A DNA stretch of 64,000 nucleotides, taken from NCBI GenBank assembly GCA_050115475.1, contig JASFQL010000004.1, positions 93,263 through 157,262 of the forward strand, written 5' to 3'. The notes beneath the pieces were generated by a model. That model did no database searches. It was not told the origin of the DNA and was given only the letters and a program-made list of their open reading frames with translations. Every line of letters begins with the position of its first letter. The first letter of the stretch is position 1. Positions 9,076-18,214 of the stretch are shown here, piece by piece. Origin of the DNA: Anaerolineales bacterium (GTDB taxonomy: Bacteria; Chloroflexota; Anaerolineae; Anaerolineales; UBA11579). A program made the translations under genes and the position numbers.

Positions 9076-10167
9076 ATGCCCATGAAAGACACTTGCTATC
9101 AGTGGACCTTATCCGGTTCGAAACCTATCTCTGAGTTCGAAAAAATACGAAACGATTACCGCGCCGCTGGCCAAAAAATCGTCACCGCCAACGGGTGTTT
9201 CGACATCCTTCACAATGGCCATTTATCCACCTTGGCCAAAGCAAAAGCCTTGGGTGATATTCTTATTGTCGGTGTGAGCAGCGACCGCGTGGTAAAAAAG
9301 GTCAAGGGTGCCGGCCGCCCGGTTTTTCCCGAGCGAGATCGGGCATCCCTCTTGCTCTCCCTGGCATGTGTCGACCACGTTGTCGTTTTCGACGACATCC
9401 TCCCGAACGAATTCTTGGAGAGGATCCGCCCGGATTTCCATTGCATCTCCGGTGAATACGCGCAGAAAAACTTGCCGGAAAAAGAAATCGTTGAAAAAAA
9501 TGGTGGCATCATCGAAGTGCTTCCCTTCATCCCCGGATATTCAACCACGGACATCATTCAAAAAATCAATCACCATAAAACTGACTCCGGCACTCACGCG
9601 CCACCCATCCCGGTCAAAGATACCGTCACAGATTACTTATTCGAAAGCAGCACCTCGGTCCGTTGTCTGGCTTACCAGCACGGTGAAACGCTGGGGCGTA
9701 TTGCCGGGCAAATCGCGGATGCCATCGAGTCGAACGCCAAGATATTTCTACTCGGTGATTCCAGAAGTAGCCTGGACGTTCAACAAATCGCTGCCGAACT
9801 GAACCGCCGCTTCAGCGCTGACAGCAAACCTTTTCCCGCCATAGCCTTATCCGCTGATCGTGCCGATATTGTTAAAGAGGATGCTTACGCTCGACAATTG
9901 GAGTCCGAAGGAAAACCGGGAGATCTTCTGATAATCCTTTCAGCGAATGCGGACGCAAAGGAGATGCTCGCGGCCTTGGAGGCGGCCGGGGAGATCGGCA
10001 TGCCCACCATCGCTTTTATCGGAAATGCCGCCTCTCCCCTCCACGGACTTTGCGGCGAGGTTCTTCCCATCGACTCACATAAAATACCAATCATTCAGCA
10101 AGCTTTTACAGCAGCATTCAATGGTATATTTACTTTTCTAGACCGGCAATCCAAAAGAGACCAATAA
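9076..10167 (+). CDS. HldC/RfaE-II-like cytidylyltransferase fused to a degenerate GmhA-like SIS domain (start uncertain)
   Basis: NGCFDILHNGH, KGAGRP and YSTTDII motifs; C-terminal half follows the GmhA pattern but catalytic motifs are altered. Confidence 0.75.
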   Translation: MPMKDTCYQWTLSGSKPISEFEKIRNDYRAAGQKIVTANGCFDILHNGHLSTLAKAKALGDILIVGVSSDRVVKKVKGAGRPVFPERDRASLLLSLACVDHVVVFDDILPNEFLERIRPDFHCISGEYAQKNLPEKEIVEKNGGIIEVLPFIPGYSTTDIIQKINHHKTDSGTHAPPIPVKDTVTDYLFESSTSVRCLAYQHGETLGRIAGQIADAIESNAKIFLLGDSRSSLDVQQIAAELNRRFSADSKPFPAIALSADRADIVKEDAYARQLESEGKPGDLLIILSANADAKEMLAALEAAGEIGMPTIAFIGNAASPLHGLCGEVLPIDSHKIPIIQQAFTAAFNGIFTFLDRQSKRDQ

Positions 10168-10180
10168 GACCAGCCTGCCC

Positions 10181-11458
10181 ATGACAGATACCCTCGCCGA
10201 CACCCCCACCGTCCAGCAGCAGATCGAACAGAATTACCGCTGGAATTTCACCGTCAATGCCCTCGATGGCGCCAGTTGGTGGTTCGGGATGAGTTTCATC
10301 TCGTCCACCGTCATCCTCCCCTTGTACGTCAGCCACTTTACCGATAATCCCCTGCTGATTGGCCTGATACCATTTTTCTCCACGGCCGGTTATCTCCTCC
10401 CGCAGTTGTTCACTTCCAATGCGGTCGAACGCGCCCCCAGGAAAAAGTATTACCCGGCGACCATCGGCTTCTTTCTCGAGCGTGTGCCCATCTTCCTGCT
10501 GGCCCCCACGACCTATTTCCTCGCCGTCAACCGGCCGGATGCAGCCTTGCTTGTCTTCTTTCTCCTATACGCCTGGCATACCCTCGGCGCTGGTTTGATC
10601 GTCGTGGGTTGGCAGGACATGATTGCGAAACTCATCCCGGTCGATAAACGCGGGCGCTTCTTCGGCATCACCAATTTCCTCGGCAACGGCACCGGGATCC
10701 TTGGCGCTTTGGCCGTCCCCTTCGTGCTCGACAAATTCACCTTCCCAAATGGCTACGTGATTTCCTTCACGCTTGCCTCCATCCTGATTTTCATCTCCTG
10801 GGTGTTTATCTCCCTCACCCGCGAACCGGCCGCCCCCAGCAGCAAGCCGCGCCTGTCTCAATTGGAGTACTTCCGTTCGCTGCCGGATATCTTGCGCACA
10901 GACCGCAACTTCCGCATGTATCTGCTGGCCCAAATCATTTTCTCGTTAAGCGGCATGGCTGTCGGTTTCCTGGTGGTCTACACCGCCAGGACCTGGAGCA
11001 TGCCTGACGCTGAAGCCAGCGGGTTCACCATCGCCTTGCAGATTGGCCTCACCCTGGCGAACCTGTTATTCGGCTTTCTCTCCGACCGTAAAGGCCACAA
11101 ATTGAACCTGGAGATTTGCATGGCCCTGAGCGTCGTTTCTCTCGTCTTGGCGATATTGGCCCCCGGTCCGCTGTGGTTCTTCCCCATCTTTTTCCTGCGC
11201 GGCGCCGTCAACTCTGGGACCTATATCTCCGGGATTTCCATTGTATACGAATTTACCGAGGCAGAGGACCGCCCCACCTACATCGGCCTCTCCAACACCA
11301 TCCCCGGGGTGGCCGGGGGGATCGCACCGATGATCGGCGGCTGGCTCGTTGGCGCCCTGAGTTATCGAACCATGTTCGTGATTGCCGCGCTGATTGGCTT
11401 GGGTAGCTGGTTCTTGATCCGCTTTACGGTGCAGGAGCCGCGGTTGAAATCCTCCTAG
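10181..11458 (+). CDS. MFS transporter
   Basis: About 12 TM helices; GFLSDRKGHK motif A variant. Confidence 0.85.
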   Translation: MTDTLADTPTVQQQIEQNYRWNFTVNALDGASWWFGMSFISSTVILPLYVSHFTDNPLLIGLIPFFSTAGYLLPQLFTSNAVERAPRKKYYPATIGFFLERVPIFLLAPTTYFLAVNRPDAALLVFFLLYAWHTLGAGLIVVGWQDMIAKLIPVDKRGRFFGITNFLGNGTGILGALAVPFVLDKFTFPNGYVISFTLASILIFISWVFISLTREPAAPSSKPRLSQLEYFRSLPDILRTDRNFRMYLLAQIIFSLSGMAVGFLVVYTARTWSMPDAEASGFTIALQIGLTLANLLFGFLSDRKGHKLNLEICMALSVVSLVLAILAPGPLWFFPIFFLRGAVNSGTYISGISIVYEFTEAEDRPTYIGLSNTIPGVAGGIAPMIGGWLVGALSYRTMFVIAALIGLGSWFLIRFTVQEPRLKSS

Positions 11459-11481
11459 GTGAAACAAATGGTGTGTGAAAA

Positions 11482-12114
11482 ATGAAAACCCTGGTGATTT
11501 GCGATGATTATTGGCATCCCGCCCGGATTCCTCGGGAAGGGCTGGGCGCTTTGGAAGGGGGCAAATTCACCTTCGACTGGATCGAAAACGCCCGCGATTG
11601 GTCGCCAGAACTCATGATGGCGTACCCGCTGGTGATCCTCACCAAATCCAACAACGTCTCTGCCGCCGATCGAACCGGCTGGATGACGGATGAGATCCAG
11701 GCGGCTTTTGCCGCTTATGTGCATAAAGGCAATGGGCTTTTCGCCATCCACTCGGGTACCGCCGAGTACGACCACATGCCGGTCCTGCGCGGTCTGTTGG
11801 GAGGGGTATTCACTCACCATCCCGAACAGTGCCCGGTCACCGTGGAGCCGCTCGTCGGACATCCTCTTTGTGTTGGCTGTGAACCTTTCACGCTGGAGGA
11901 CGAACATTATTTCATGGCGCTGGATGATCCCAAGGCCGACGTGTTTGTGACCACCAGATCAGACCACGGTGAACAGCCCGGCGCCTGGCGGCGGACAGAA
12001 GGTACCGGACGTGTGGCGGTGCTGACCCCCGGGCACACCGCGGAGGTTTGGCTGCACCCCTCTTTCCAGGCCCTGCTGCTCAACACCCTGCGCTGGTGCA
12101 GCAAGATAGGTTGA
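11482..12114 (+). CDS. ThuA (trehalose utilisation) domain protein
   Basis: DDYWHP, GLFAIHSG, DEHYF and GRVAVLTPGH motifs. Confidence 0.8.
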   Translation: MKTLVICDDYWHPARIPREGLGALEGGKFTFDWIENARDWSPELMMAYPLVILTKSNNVSAADRTGWMTDEIQAAFAAYVHKGNGLFAIHSGTAEYDHMPVLRGLLGGVFTHHPEQCPVTVEPLVGHPLCVGCEPFTLEDEHYFMALDDPKADVFVTTRSDHGEQPGAWRRTEGTGRVAVLTPGHTAEVWLHPSFQALLLNTLRWCSKIG

Positions 12115-12325
12115 TTTCTAGGGAAGGAACATTCTAACGAAAAGATTGCGTATTTCGTATTGCGTAAAGGGGGGCAAAGAATAGGTGAGTTTTGAACCAC
12201 CAAGGTACAAAGTCACAGAAAAAAATGAGGGCCTTGCCCACGCTTGGGTTTTAGAGTATAGTGGGGATTTTTATGTTAACAAAACATTCTCAAGAATGAT
12301 GTAGAATAAATAGAAAATTAGACTA

Positions 12326-12967
12326 ATGGATAGACAAAAAATTTCAAGATTTAATATTAGATTGGGGATCTGGTATAGAAAAAATAAACGAGATTTCCCT
12401 TGGAGAAGATCAAAACAATCATATAACCTATTAATTGCCGAGATATTATTACAGAAAACAAATGCAGATAAAGTTGTTCCTGCATACAATGAAATCATAA
12501 GAAGATACCCCAATCCGAATTCCTTAAAAAAAGCAAGAATTGGAACTCTAGAAAAAATTATTCAACCTTTAGGACTAATAAATAAAGCATATATTTTAAG
12601 AGATATAGGTAAAAAGCTATCTAAAATAAATGAAAATGAATTAACCCTGAATAAGCTGTTAGAAATAAAAGGGATTGGTAATTACATAGCTCGATCTGTT
12701 TTAATTCACTCTAAGGGTTTAAAATTTTCTTTACTTGACCCCAATTTTATTAGAATATATTCCAGAGTATTTGATCTTCAAAGCGATAGATCTAGACCTC
12801 GAAATGATGTAAGCCTATGGTTACAAGCGGAAGAATTACTCCCATCGAAAAATATTTCAAAATATTGTTACTCAATTCTAGATTTTGGGGCTATCGTTTG
12901 TACGGCTAGAAAAACAATTTGTTGTGAATGCCCTATGTTTTCAGTAGTTTGTTCTGGTGTCAATTAA
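12326..12967 (+). CDS. HhH-GPD DNA glycosylase (MutY/Mig-like, probable T:G mismatch glycosylase)
   Basis: RDFPWR, AEILLQKT, IKGIGNY HhH, LDPNFIR catalytic Asp, C-x6-C-x2-C-x6-C cluster; no MutY C-terminal domain; low GC. Confidence 0.8.
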   Translation: MDRQKISRFNIRLGIWYRKNKRDFPWRRSKQSYNLLIAEILLQKTNADKVVPAYNEIIRRYPNPNSLKKARIGTLEKIIQPLGLINKAYILRDIGKKLSKINENELTLNKLLEIKGIGNYIARSVLIHSKGLKFSLLDPNFIRIYSRVFDLQSDRSRPRNDVSLWLQAEELLPSKNISKYCYSILDFGAIVCTARKTICCECPMFSVVCSGVN

Positions 12968-14133
12968 TTTGCGTCAAGTAACATTTGTCTCCCATTTTCC
13001 GAATCAATTTTCGCAATATTTAACCTTTCCTTTATTGAAATTAATCTCAATTTACGACTTAAATCATATAAGTCAATTTCGTTATATTCACCAGTAAATA
13101 ATGGGGCAATAGCATCCACAAGTGGAACAATTCCTATAGGCGGGACAGCATTACCAATCTGCCGTCTAATTTCACCAAAAGAACCATAAAATATAAAATC
13201 ATCTGGAAATGACTGTAACCTTGCCCTTTCTCGATTTGTAAGAGACCTTGGTTCTGGAAAATGGTACCCCCAAGTTCCTCCCCCTCCCCCAGCGATTAAT
13301 GTAGTTGAGGGTTTATTAGGGTCTATCCTACGATAAACATGACTAATCATTCCCTTAACATATAATGGGTTATCTTTAGGCACGTCATTAAAATTACCGC
13401 CTGCAGGTATCAATTTAAGCCTTTCAACCGTTTTCTTTAAAATCTTTTGATGTTCGTTATTATGTTTGACTGTTTCAACATCTTCCAAGGCTTCTCCAGA
13501 AGTAACATGAGGATATTTTCTACCTGGTCCGTATTCTGGTTTTGGGTGTACAAAACTAAAACCAGTATCCATTCGAATCCCTACAATCAGAACACGTTCC
13601 CTAAATTGAGGAACACCGTAGTCTGCAAAATTATAAAGTTTTGGGAATACTAAATAACTCGGATCAATGTTTTCAAAATCGTTAATAATTTGTTTTATTG
13701 CTCTACCATTATTCGCGCTTAGAAGGCCTTTTACATTCTCTGCAATAAAAGCTTTTGGTTTAGTTTTATTTACAACTTCAACAAAATATGTATATAAATT
13801 CCCCTTATAACCAAACAATCCAGGTCTTTTCCAAATTACTGAAAAATCTTGGCATGGAAAACCACCTGTTACTAGATCAACTTCTGGTAACTTATCAATA
13901 TCAACATCTTCAATGCTAGTGCAGTTAATTTTATTTGATATCATTTTGCTGTAAGTTTGACAAGCATCTTCATCAATATCATTCGCCCACACAACTTGAA
14001 ACCCCGCACGATGAAAAGGATAATCCATCCCTCCACAACCTGAAAACAAAGAGATCATTTTAGGTTTTTTCAGCCAATAAAGCCTATCAATATTTTTATA
14101 TATTTCTTCAGAAGGAAACATCCAGATCTCCAC
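12964..14133 (-). CDS. DNA (cytosine-5) methyltransferase, TRD resembling M.CglI/M.NgoFVII (GCSGC type)
   Basis: SLFSGCGG, GGFPCQDFS, ENVKG, QFRERV and IGNAVPP motifs; TRD LYVKGMISHVYRR...GGGGGTWGYH recalled as CglI-like. Confidence 0.93.
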   Translation of the reverse strand: MEIWMFPSEEIYKNIDRLYWLKKPKMISLFSGCGGMDYPFHRAGFQVVWANDIDEDACQTYSKMISNKINCTSIEDVDIDKLPEVDLVTGGFPCQDFSVIWKRPGLFGYKGNLYTYFVEVVNKTKPKAFIAENVKGLLSANNGRAIKQIINDFENIDPSYLVFPKLYNFADYGVPQFRERVLIVGIRMDTGFSFVHPKPEYGPGRKYPHVTSGEALEDVETVKHNNEHQKILKKTVERLKLIPAGGNFNDVPKDNPLYVKGMISHVYRRIDPNKPSTTLIAGGGGGTWGYHFPEPRSLTNRERARLQSFPDDFIFYGSFGEIRRQIGNAVPPIGIVPLVDAIAPLFTGEYNEIDLYDLSRKLRLISIKERLNIAKIDSENGRQMLLDAN

Positions 14134-14257
14134 TTGAGTGTTGGATGTTACTATTATAAAACAGATTTTCTAATTATTGAGAAAAATTTAATGTATAAAT
14201 TCCTAACATCCTTCATTGAGTCCGAGTAGAATAAAGTTGTAAAATTCGGAGGTATAA

Positions 14258-14776
14258 ATGAGTAGTGAAAAGAAACCTAGCGGGGGCAGAGAAGCTGCGG
14301 TTCATGGGGCATCTCACGAACATATAGTTGCTGGTATCTTAATGAAAAAATATGGGAATGTTTCTTTAGTTGATTTACCACTTTCATCTTATGACATCAT
14401 ATTGCAGCGTGGTGGGGGTGATGCACCAGATTTTATTCGAATTCAAGTAAAGACAGCCCAAAAGTCTGTTCCATTCACAGGAGGGTCTCGAGGGGGAATA
14501 GACAGAAGTTATGATCCTGCCCAACATGAATCAAAAATATATAGATATTCAACCCATACATCTGATGTGATAATTGGTGTTCACCCAAAAGAAGACGAGT
14601 CATACGATTTATATTTTGTTCCAACTCATTTTGTAGAGATTATAGAACAAAGTAGCATTTCATTGAATAAAATCCAACTAATGAAGAATAACTATGAGTT
14701 TTTAGACAAATGCAAAGATAAGAAGTGGGTACTTGAGAAAATGGTTGAAATGGGATTGATAGAAATACATGATTAG
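14258..14776 (+). CDS. Small PD-(D/E)XK nuclease (PDDEXK_5-like), candidate restriction endonuclease
   Basis: G.SHE...SSYDII...IRIQVKT catalytic pattern; divergent from the MTase; low GC. Confidence 0.65.
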   Translation: MSSEKKPSGGREAAVHGASHEHIVAGILMKKYGNVSLVDLPLSSYDIILQRGGGDAPDFIRIQVKTAQKSVPFTGGSRGGIDRSYDPAQHESKIYRYSTHTSDVIIGVHPKEDESYDLYFVPTHFVEIIEQSSISLNKIQLMKNNYEFLDKCKDKKWVLEKMVEMGLIEIHD

Positions 14777-15020
14777 ATTTTCGCTGTTCCTCTCATGTGT
14801 AGTATGAATAAAGATAACAACTAATTATATTTTTTTCATTATGTTGAGGGATCTGTTTCCAAATCTGTTCTACTATTTTCCCTTCCGCACTCACCTATAG
14901 AAATCCAACCATCTCCCCGTAGGCTAAACCACAAATCCCTCTCCCTTGGGGGGAGAGGAAGCTGACCTTCTGGTCAGCAGGTGAGGGGGAAAAGCCTGAA
15001 AAACTAGCCACTTTTCTTCT

Positions 15021-15161
15021 CCCCAACCAATACCCAACCGTAGAGAATGGGCAAAAACCTCTCTTCCCTCAAGAATCAAGCCGTCATTACGCTTTCTATC
15101 CCCAACCTCCATGCCCCCATTCTCCCAACGCCCGCCGAAGGCACGCACGTAAACACCTGTA
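15021..15161. repeat. 140-bp direct repeat, copy 1
   Basis: Aligns ungapped with 15311..15451, 10 mismatches in 140 nt counted by eye. Confidence 0.95.
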
Positions 15162-15197
15162 GCGCACCCCCTACAACGCCGCAATTCCCATCCCACG

Positions 15198-15227
15198 TGT
15201 CATTCCGAGCGAAGTCGAGGAATCCCC
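15198..15227 (+). repeat. REP-like element TGTCATTCCGAGCGAAGTCGAGGAATCCCC
   Basis: Related reverse-oriented copies at 18215-18242, 18488-18516 and 18525-18550. Confidence 0.7.
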
Positions 15228-15310
15228 TAAAAGTACATTAATAATCAGTCCGTGCCCATAAACCATTCACCCCTAGTAAAGTTCCCCCATTATAAAATAC
15301 GTAACCGCCA

Positions 15311-15451
15311 CCCCAACCAATACCAAACCGTGGAGGATGGGCAAAAACCTCTCTTCCCTCAAGAAACAAACCGTCATTACGCTTTCTATCCCCACCCTCC
15401 ATGCCCCCATTCTCCCAACGCGTGCCGAAGGCACGCACGTAACAACCTGTA
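15311..15451. repeat. 140-bp direct repeat, copy 2
   Basis: 290 bp downstream of copy 1; runs straight into the ACCTGT array. Confidence 0.95.
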
Positions 15452-15600
15452 AAGACCTGTAAGCACCTGTAAAAGTTATCTCACTTTCCCGTACCCTACC
15501 TGTAGACACCTGTAAGCACCTGTAATAACCTGTAACGACCTGTAAGACCTGTAAGACCTGTAAAACACCCCCCATCCTAAAACACTTACAGGTTACAGGT
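15445..15600. repeat. Iteron-like array: 10 forward ACCTGT (9-10 bp period) plus 2 inverted ACAGGT
   Basis: Forward copies start at 15445, 15455, 15465, 15498, 15508, 15518, 15528, 15538, 15547 and 15556; inverted copies at 15588 and 15595. Confidence 0.9.
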
Positions 15601-15633
15601 CTACCAATTTGTACAGCCTGCTCCCCAGATTCT

Positions 15634-16920
15634 TCACTTCCTGGCCGCCTGAATAGTGACGGGTTTGTCCGCCGATCTGCGGAGAAAGAAGAGCCAATAC
15701 AATAGGATGGCAGCAGCATACAATGAGATGGCGATGGCGAAAGGCGGGCCAAAACCGTAAGCCACCTGCAGCGAACCGCTGATGGATGGGCTGAAGGCCC
15801 GACCAAAAGACCATATCATGCTGTGAAGGCTGGCGACGGTAGCCCTCGAAGATGGGTCGACCTGCTCCAAGACAAAGCTCTGGTAAATGGGGTTGCTCAT
15901 ATTCATCAGGGCCATACGAACGTAATAGGCCATGGTGCTGATGGCAAAGACGGGCACAAAGCCAAGCATTATCATGAAGGGAATGGATAAGCCCTGGGTG
16001 ACAACTACCAGGCGGAGCTTCCCGATCCTGTCGGCGATGGGCGGGGCGATGAGCAATCCAATCCCCATGGCCAGGGACCCCCAGGCCATAAGCGAACCAA
16101 TGACGGTATCGGGCTGGTGGTGAACCACGCGGAAAAAGACGTTCATAAAGGGGACAAACAAACCCGCCCCAACCGAGATCAACAAGAGGGGGACAAAGAG
16201 TTTCCCCAGCAGTTTGGGGTTCTCCCTGGCGAAAGTGATGGGGGCGAAGACATTATCGCGAACATCACCCGATTTAGCCGCGCGGATAAACAACAAGGGC
16301 ACCAGGCTGAATACGCCGACCAACCCCACGATGAGGAGCGCACCGGCGTACGCCGTGCTGCTCTCCGGATCGACCATACGATAGGCGCCGATCCAGGTGG
16401 GGAGATATCCCCCGACCCAATTTCCGGCAAACATGGAGGCCATCTGCAAACCGGATGAAAAACTAAACAAATAAGTGCGTTCCGTCTCACCGCTGTTCTC
16501 CATCAAGAAAGGCCCGGAAGCGACAGAACCGACACTCATCGCCAGACCGGTGACCGCATTCATCAAATAAAAAACGGTAACGTCAGGCCAGAGGGACATG
16601 ACGACGATAGCGCCAACCAGAAGAGTGGATTGAACGATCAAGGCTTGTTTACGCCCCCACAAATCCACCAGATAGCCCATGGGAAGCGCCACAAGCAGGG
16701 CAGTCATGTTGCTGGTGGTGATCAAATTCCCCAACAAGGCCTCATCGTAGCCCAAGCTGAGGACGTAGAAATTAAACAGCAGGCGAAAGACGCCTATGGT
16801 GATTCCCGATAAGGTCACGCTGAGGAGATAATAACGGGCATTGGGTTTAAAAGCCCGCACCCGCGAGAGATATACGCGTAGAACGGAAGAGTCCTTATCC
16901 GTGGTTTCCTGGTACTTCAA
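15634..16920 (-). CDS. MFS transporter
   Basis: GYLVDLWGRK and PIADRIGK motifs; about 12 TM helices. Confidence 0.88.
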   Translation of the reverse strand: MKYQETTDKDSSVLRVYLSRVRAFKPNARYYLLSVTLSGITIGVFRLLFNFYVLSLGYDEALLGNLITTSNMTALLVALPMGYLVDLWGRKQALIVQSTLLVGAIVVMSLWPDVTVFYLMNAVTGLAMSVGSVASGPFLMENSGETERTYLFSFSSGLQMASMFAGNWVGGYLPTWIGAYRMVDPESSTAYAGALLIVGLVGVFSLVPLLFIRAAKSGDVRDNVFAPITFARENPKLLGKLFVPLLLISVGAGLFVPFMNVFFRVVHHQPDTVIGSLMAWGSLAMGIGLLIAPPIADRIGKLRLVVVTQGLSIPFMIMLGFVPVFAISTMAYYVRMALMNMSNPIYQSFVLEQVDPSSRATVASLHSMIWSFGRAFSPSISGSLQVAYGFGPPFAIAISLYAAAILLYWLFFLRRSADKPVTIQAARK

Positions 16921-16954
16921 TGATTATTTTCCTTTCCGGTAAATGGGAACGAAG

Positions 16955-18076
16955 TTAATAGACGCGGTCGCGATCCAAGAAATCCACCCCCTCTACTTCA
17001 ACCACATCCTGTTCGAGAAACTCTTTAAGTATCACGTAGATCGACTTAATTGACTCCATGCGCGCAAAGTATAGATGTTCAGATTTACCCCGCATAGCAA
17101 AGCGCACCAATCCTGCCAGCCTGAGGATATGGAGGTGGTGGGTGAGGGTAGGGGCGCGCAGGCGCAAACGCCGGGATAATTCTGCGGGGGTAAGCTGCTC
17201 CTGCATAAGATAACGCAAGATGCGCAGGCGGGTGGGGTCTGCCAAGGCTTTTAGAATCTGGAGGAGGTCTTCGGGCACAATCTCACCGGGGACAAGGGAT
17301 TCGCCGGGAGGACGGCCTGCGAAGAGCATCATCAAGCTCCCCTTGCTGGTGATTGTCGTTGTAACCAAGGGCGACAACCAATAAGTGGGAATCAATATCA
17401 TCTCTTTAACTCCGGGGAACTCATCGTATTTCAAGCCACGAGAAAGCTCTTCCAGCAAATCTAAAAAGGGAAGTTCCCCAGCAAGTTTTTGGGCATTTTC
17501 TAAGGCAGCTTCTAATTTAGGCGCAATCCTTTTCTCTTCTTCTGCAAAGAAGACTTCATAATAGGATTGGCATGCCCCCAAATAAGTCTCTCCGAATTCC
17601 TCTGCGTGGGCGTACAAGTCGAGAAGTTTTTCAACTTTCTTGGGCGTATATCCGCTTTTCCCCTCAATTTTTACAACCAATGAGTGGAGAAAATCCCGGT
17701 CTTCCTCACGCCAACTTCCACGCTCCTGGACTTCACGTAAGCGTCCGGTAAGGTCTTTCTCATAGATGGGCGTAAGTATCAATTCAGACAGGCGTTGAGC
17801 AGGAGGGATCTGTTTGAGTGAATAGAGGACGGTGGCCACGTCTTTGGGTTCCGGCAAGGAGTACACCCACTCATAGGGTTCGAAGAACAAACCGAGAAGA
17901 TTCTCGAAGAACTCACGATCTTCTGGAGAAAGGCGAGAACGAACCCCGGCAGCCCAGGCGCCGCGCAAACCGAACTTTGCGGGGTAGTGAAGGACACTAA
18001 GGCTGGCGAAAAAATCATAGCCTGTGCCTTTATCCCAATTTATTTTTATGGGCACATCCCCGACGTTTGCTTCCAT
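16955..18076 (-). CDS. ArsR/SmtB family regulator with long N-terminal domain (DUF5937-like)
   Basis: C-terminal LKALADPTRLRIL...THHLHILRLAGLV; start taken at MEANV. Confidence 0.85.
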   Translation of the reverse strand: MEANVGDVPIKINWDKGTGYDFFASLSVLHYPAKFGLRGAWAAGVRSRLSPEDREFFENLLGLFFEPYEWVYSLPEPKDVATVLYSLKQIPPAQRLSELILTPIYEKDLTGRLREVQERGSWREEDRDFLHSLVVKIEGKSGYTPKKVEKLLDLYAHAEEFGETYLGACQSYYEVFFAEEEKRIAPKLEAALENAQKLAGELPFLDLLEELSRGLKYDEFPGVKEMILIPTYWLSPLVTTTITSKGSLMMLFAGRPPGESLVPGEIVPEDLLQILKALADPTRLRILRYLMQEQLTPAELSRRLRLRAPTLTHHLHILRLAGLVRFAMRGKSEHLYFARMESIKSIYVILKEFLEQDVVEVEGVDFLDRDRVY

Positions 18077-18214
18077 GAAAAGCTCTCCACTGTAAAGGCG
18101 CAGCATCTGCACCTTTATTATTATTGACAATTTTCTTGTTTATGTATTTTACTCTATTCTGATTCCTGTCACTTTGCTATTGAATAGATCAGGCTAATTA
18201 CTAATCAACGTTAT

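Noticed and set aside
12140-12225. Short 7-9 bp repeats before the R-M island as an att site
   Set aside because: No matching sequence on the other side of the island; they look like generic degenerate intergenic repeats.
12326-12967. Housekeeping mutY or nth
   Set aside because: Too short for MutY, has Tyr rather than the Nth lyase Lys after the HhH motif, and sits in a low-GC MTase island; called Mig-like instead.
15021-15600. CRISPR array or real coding ORFs (14924..15196, 15238..15438, 15273..15806) in the repeat region
   Set aside because: Only two long units and 9-10 bp short units, no unique spacers of CRISPR size and no cas genes; the ORF translations (LQVLQVLQV) simply mirror the DNA repeat.
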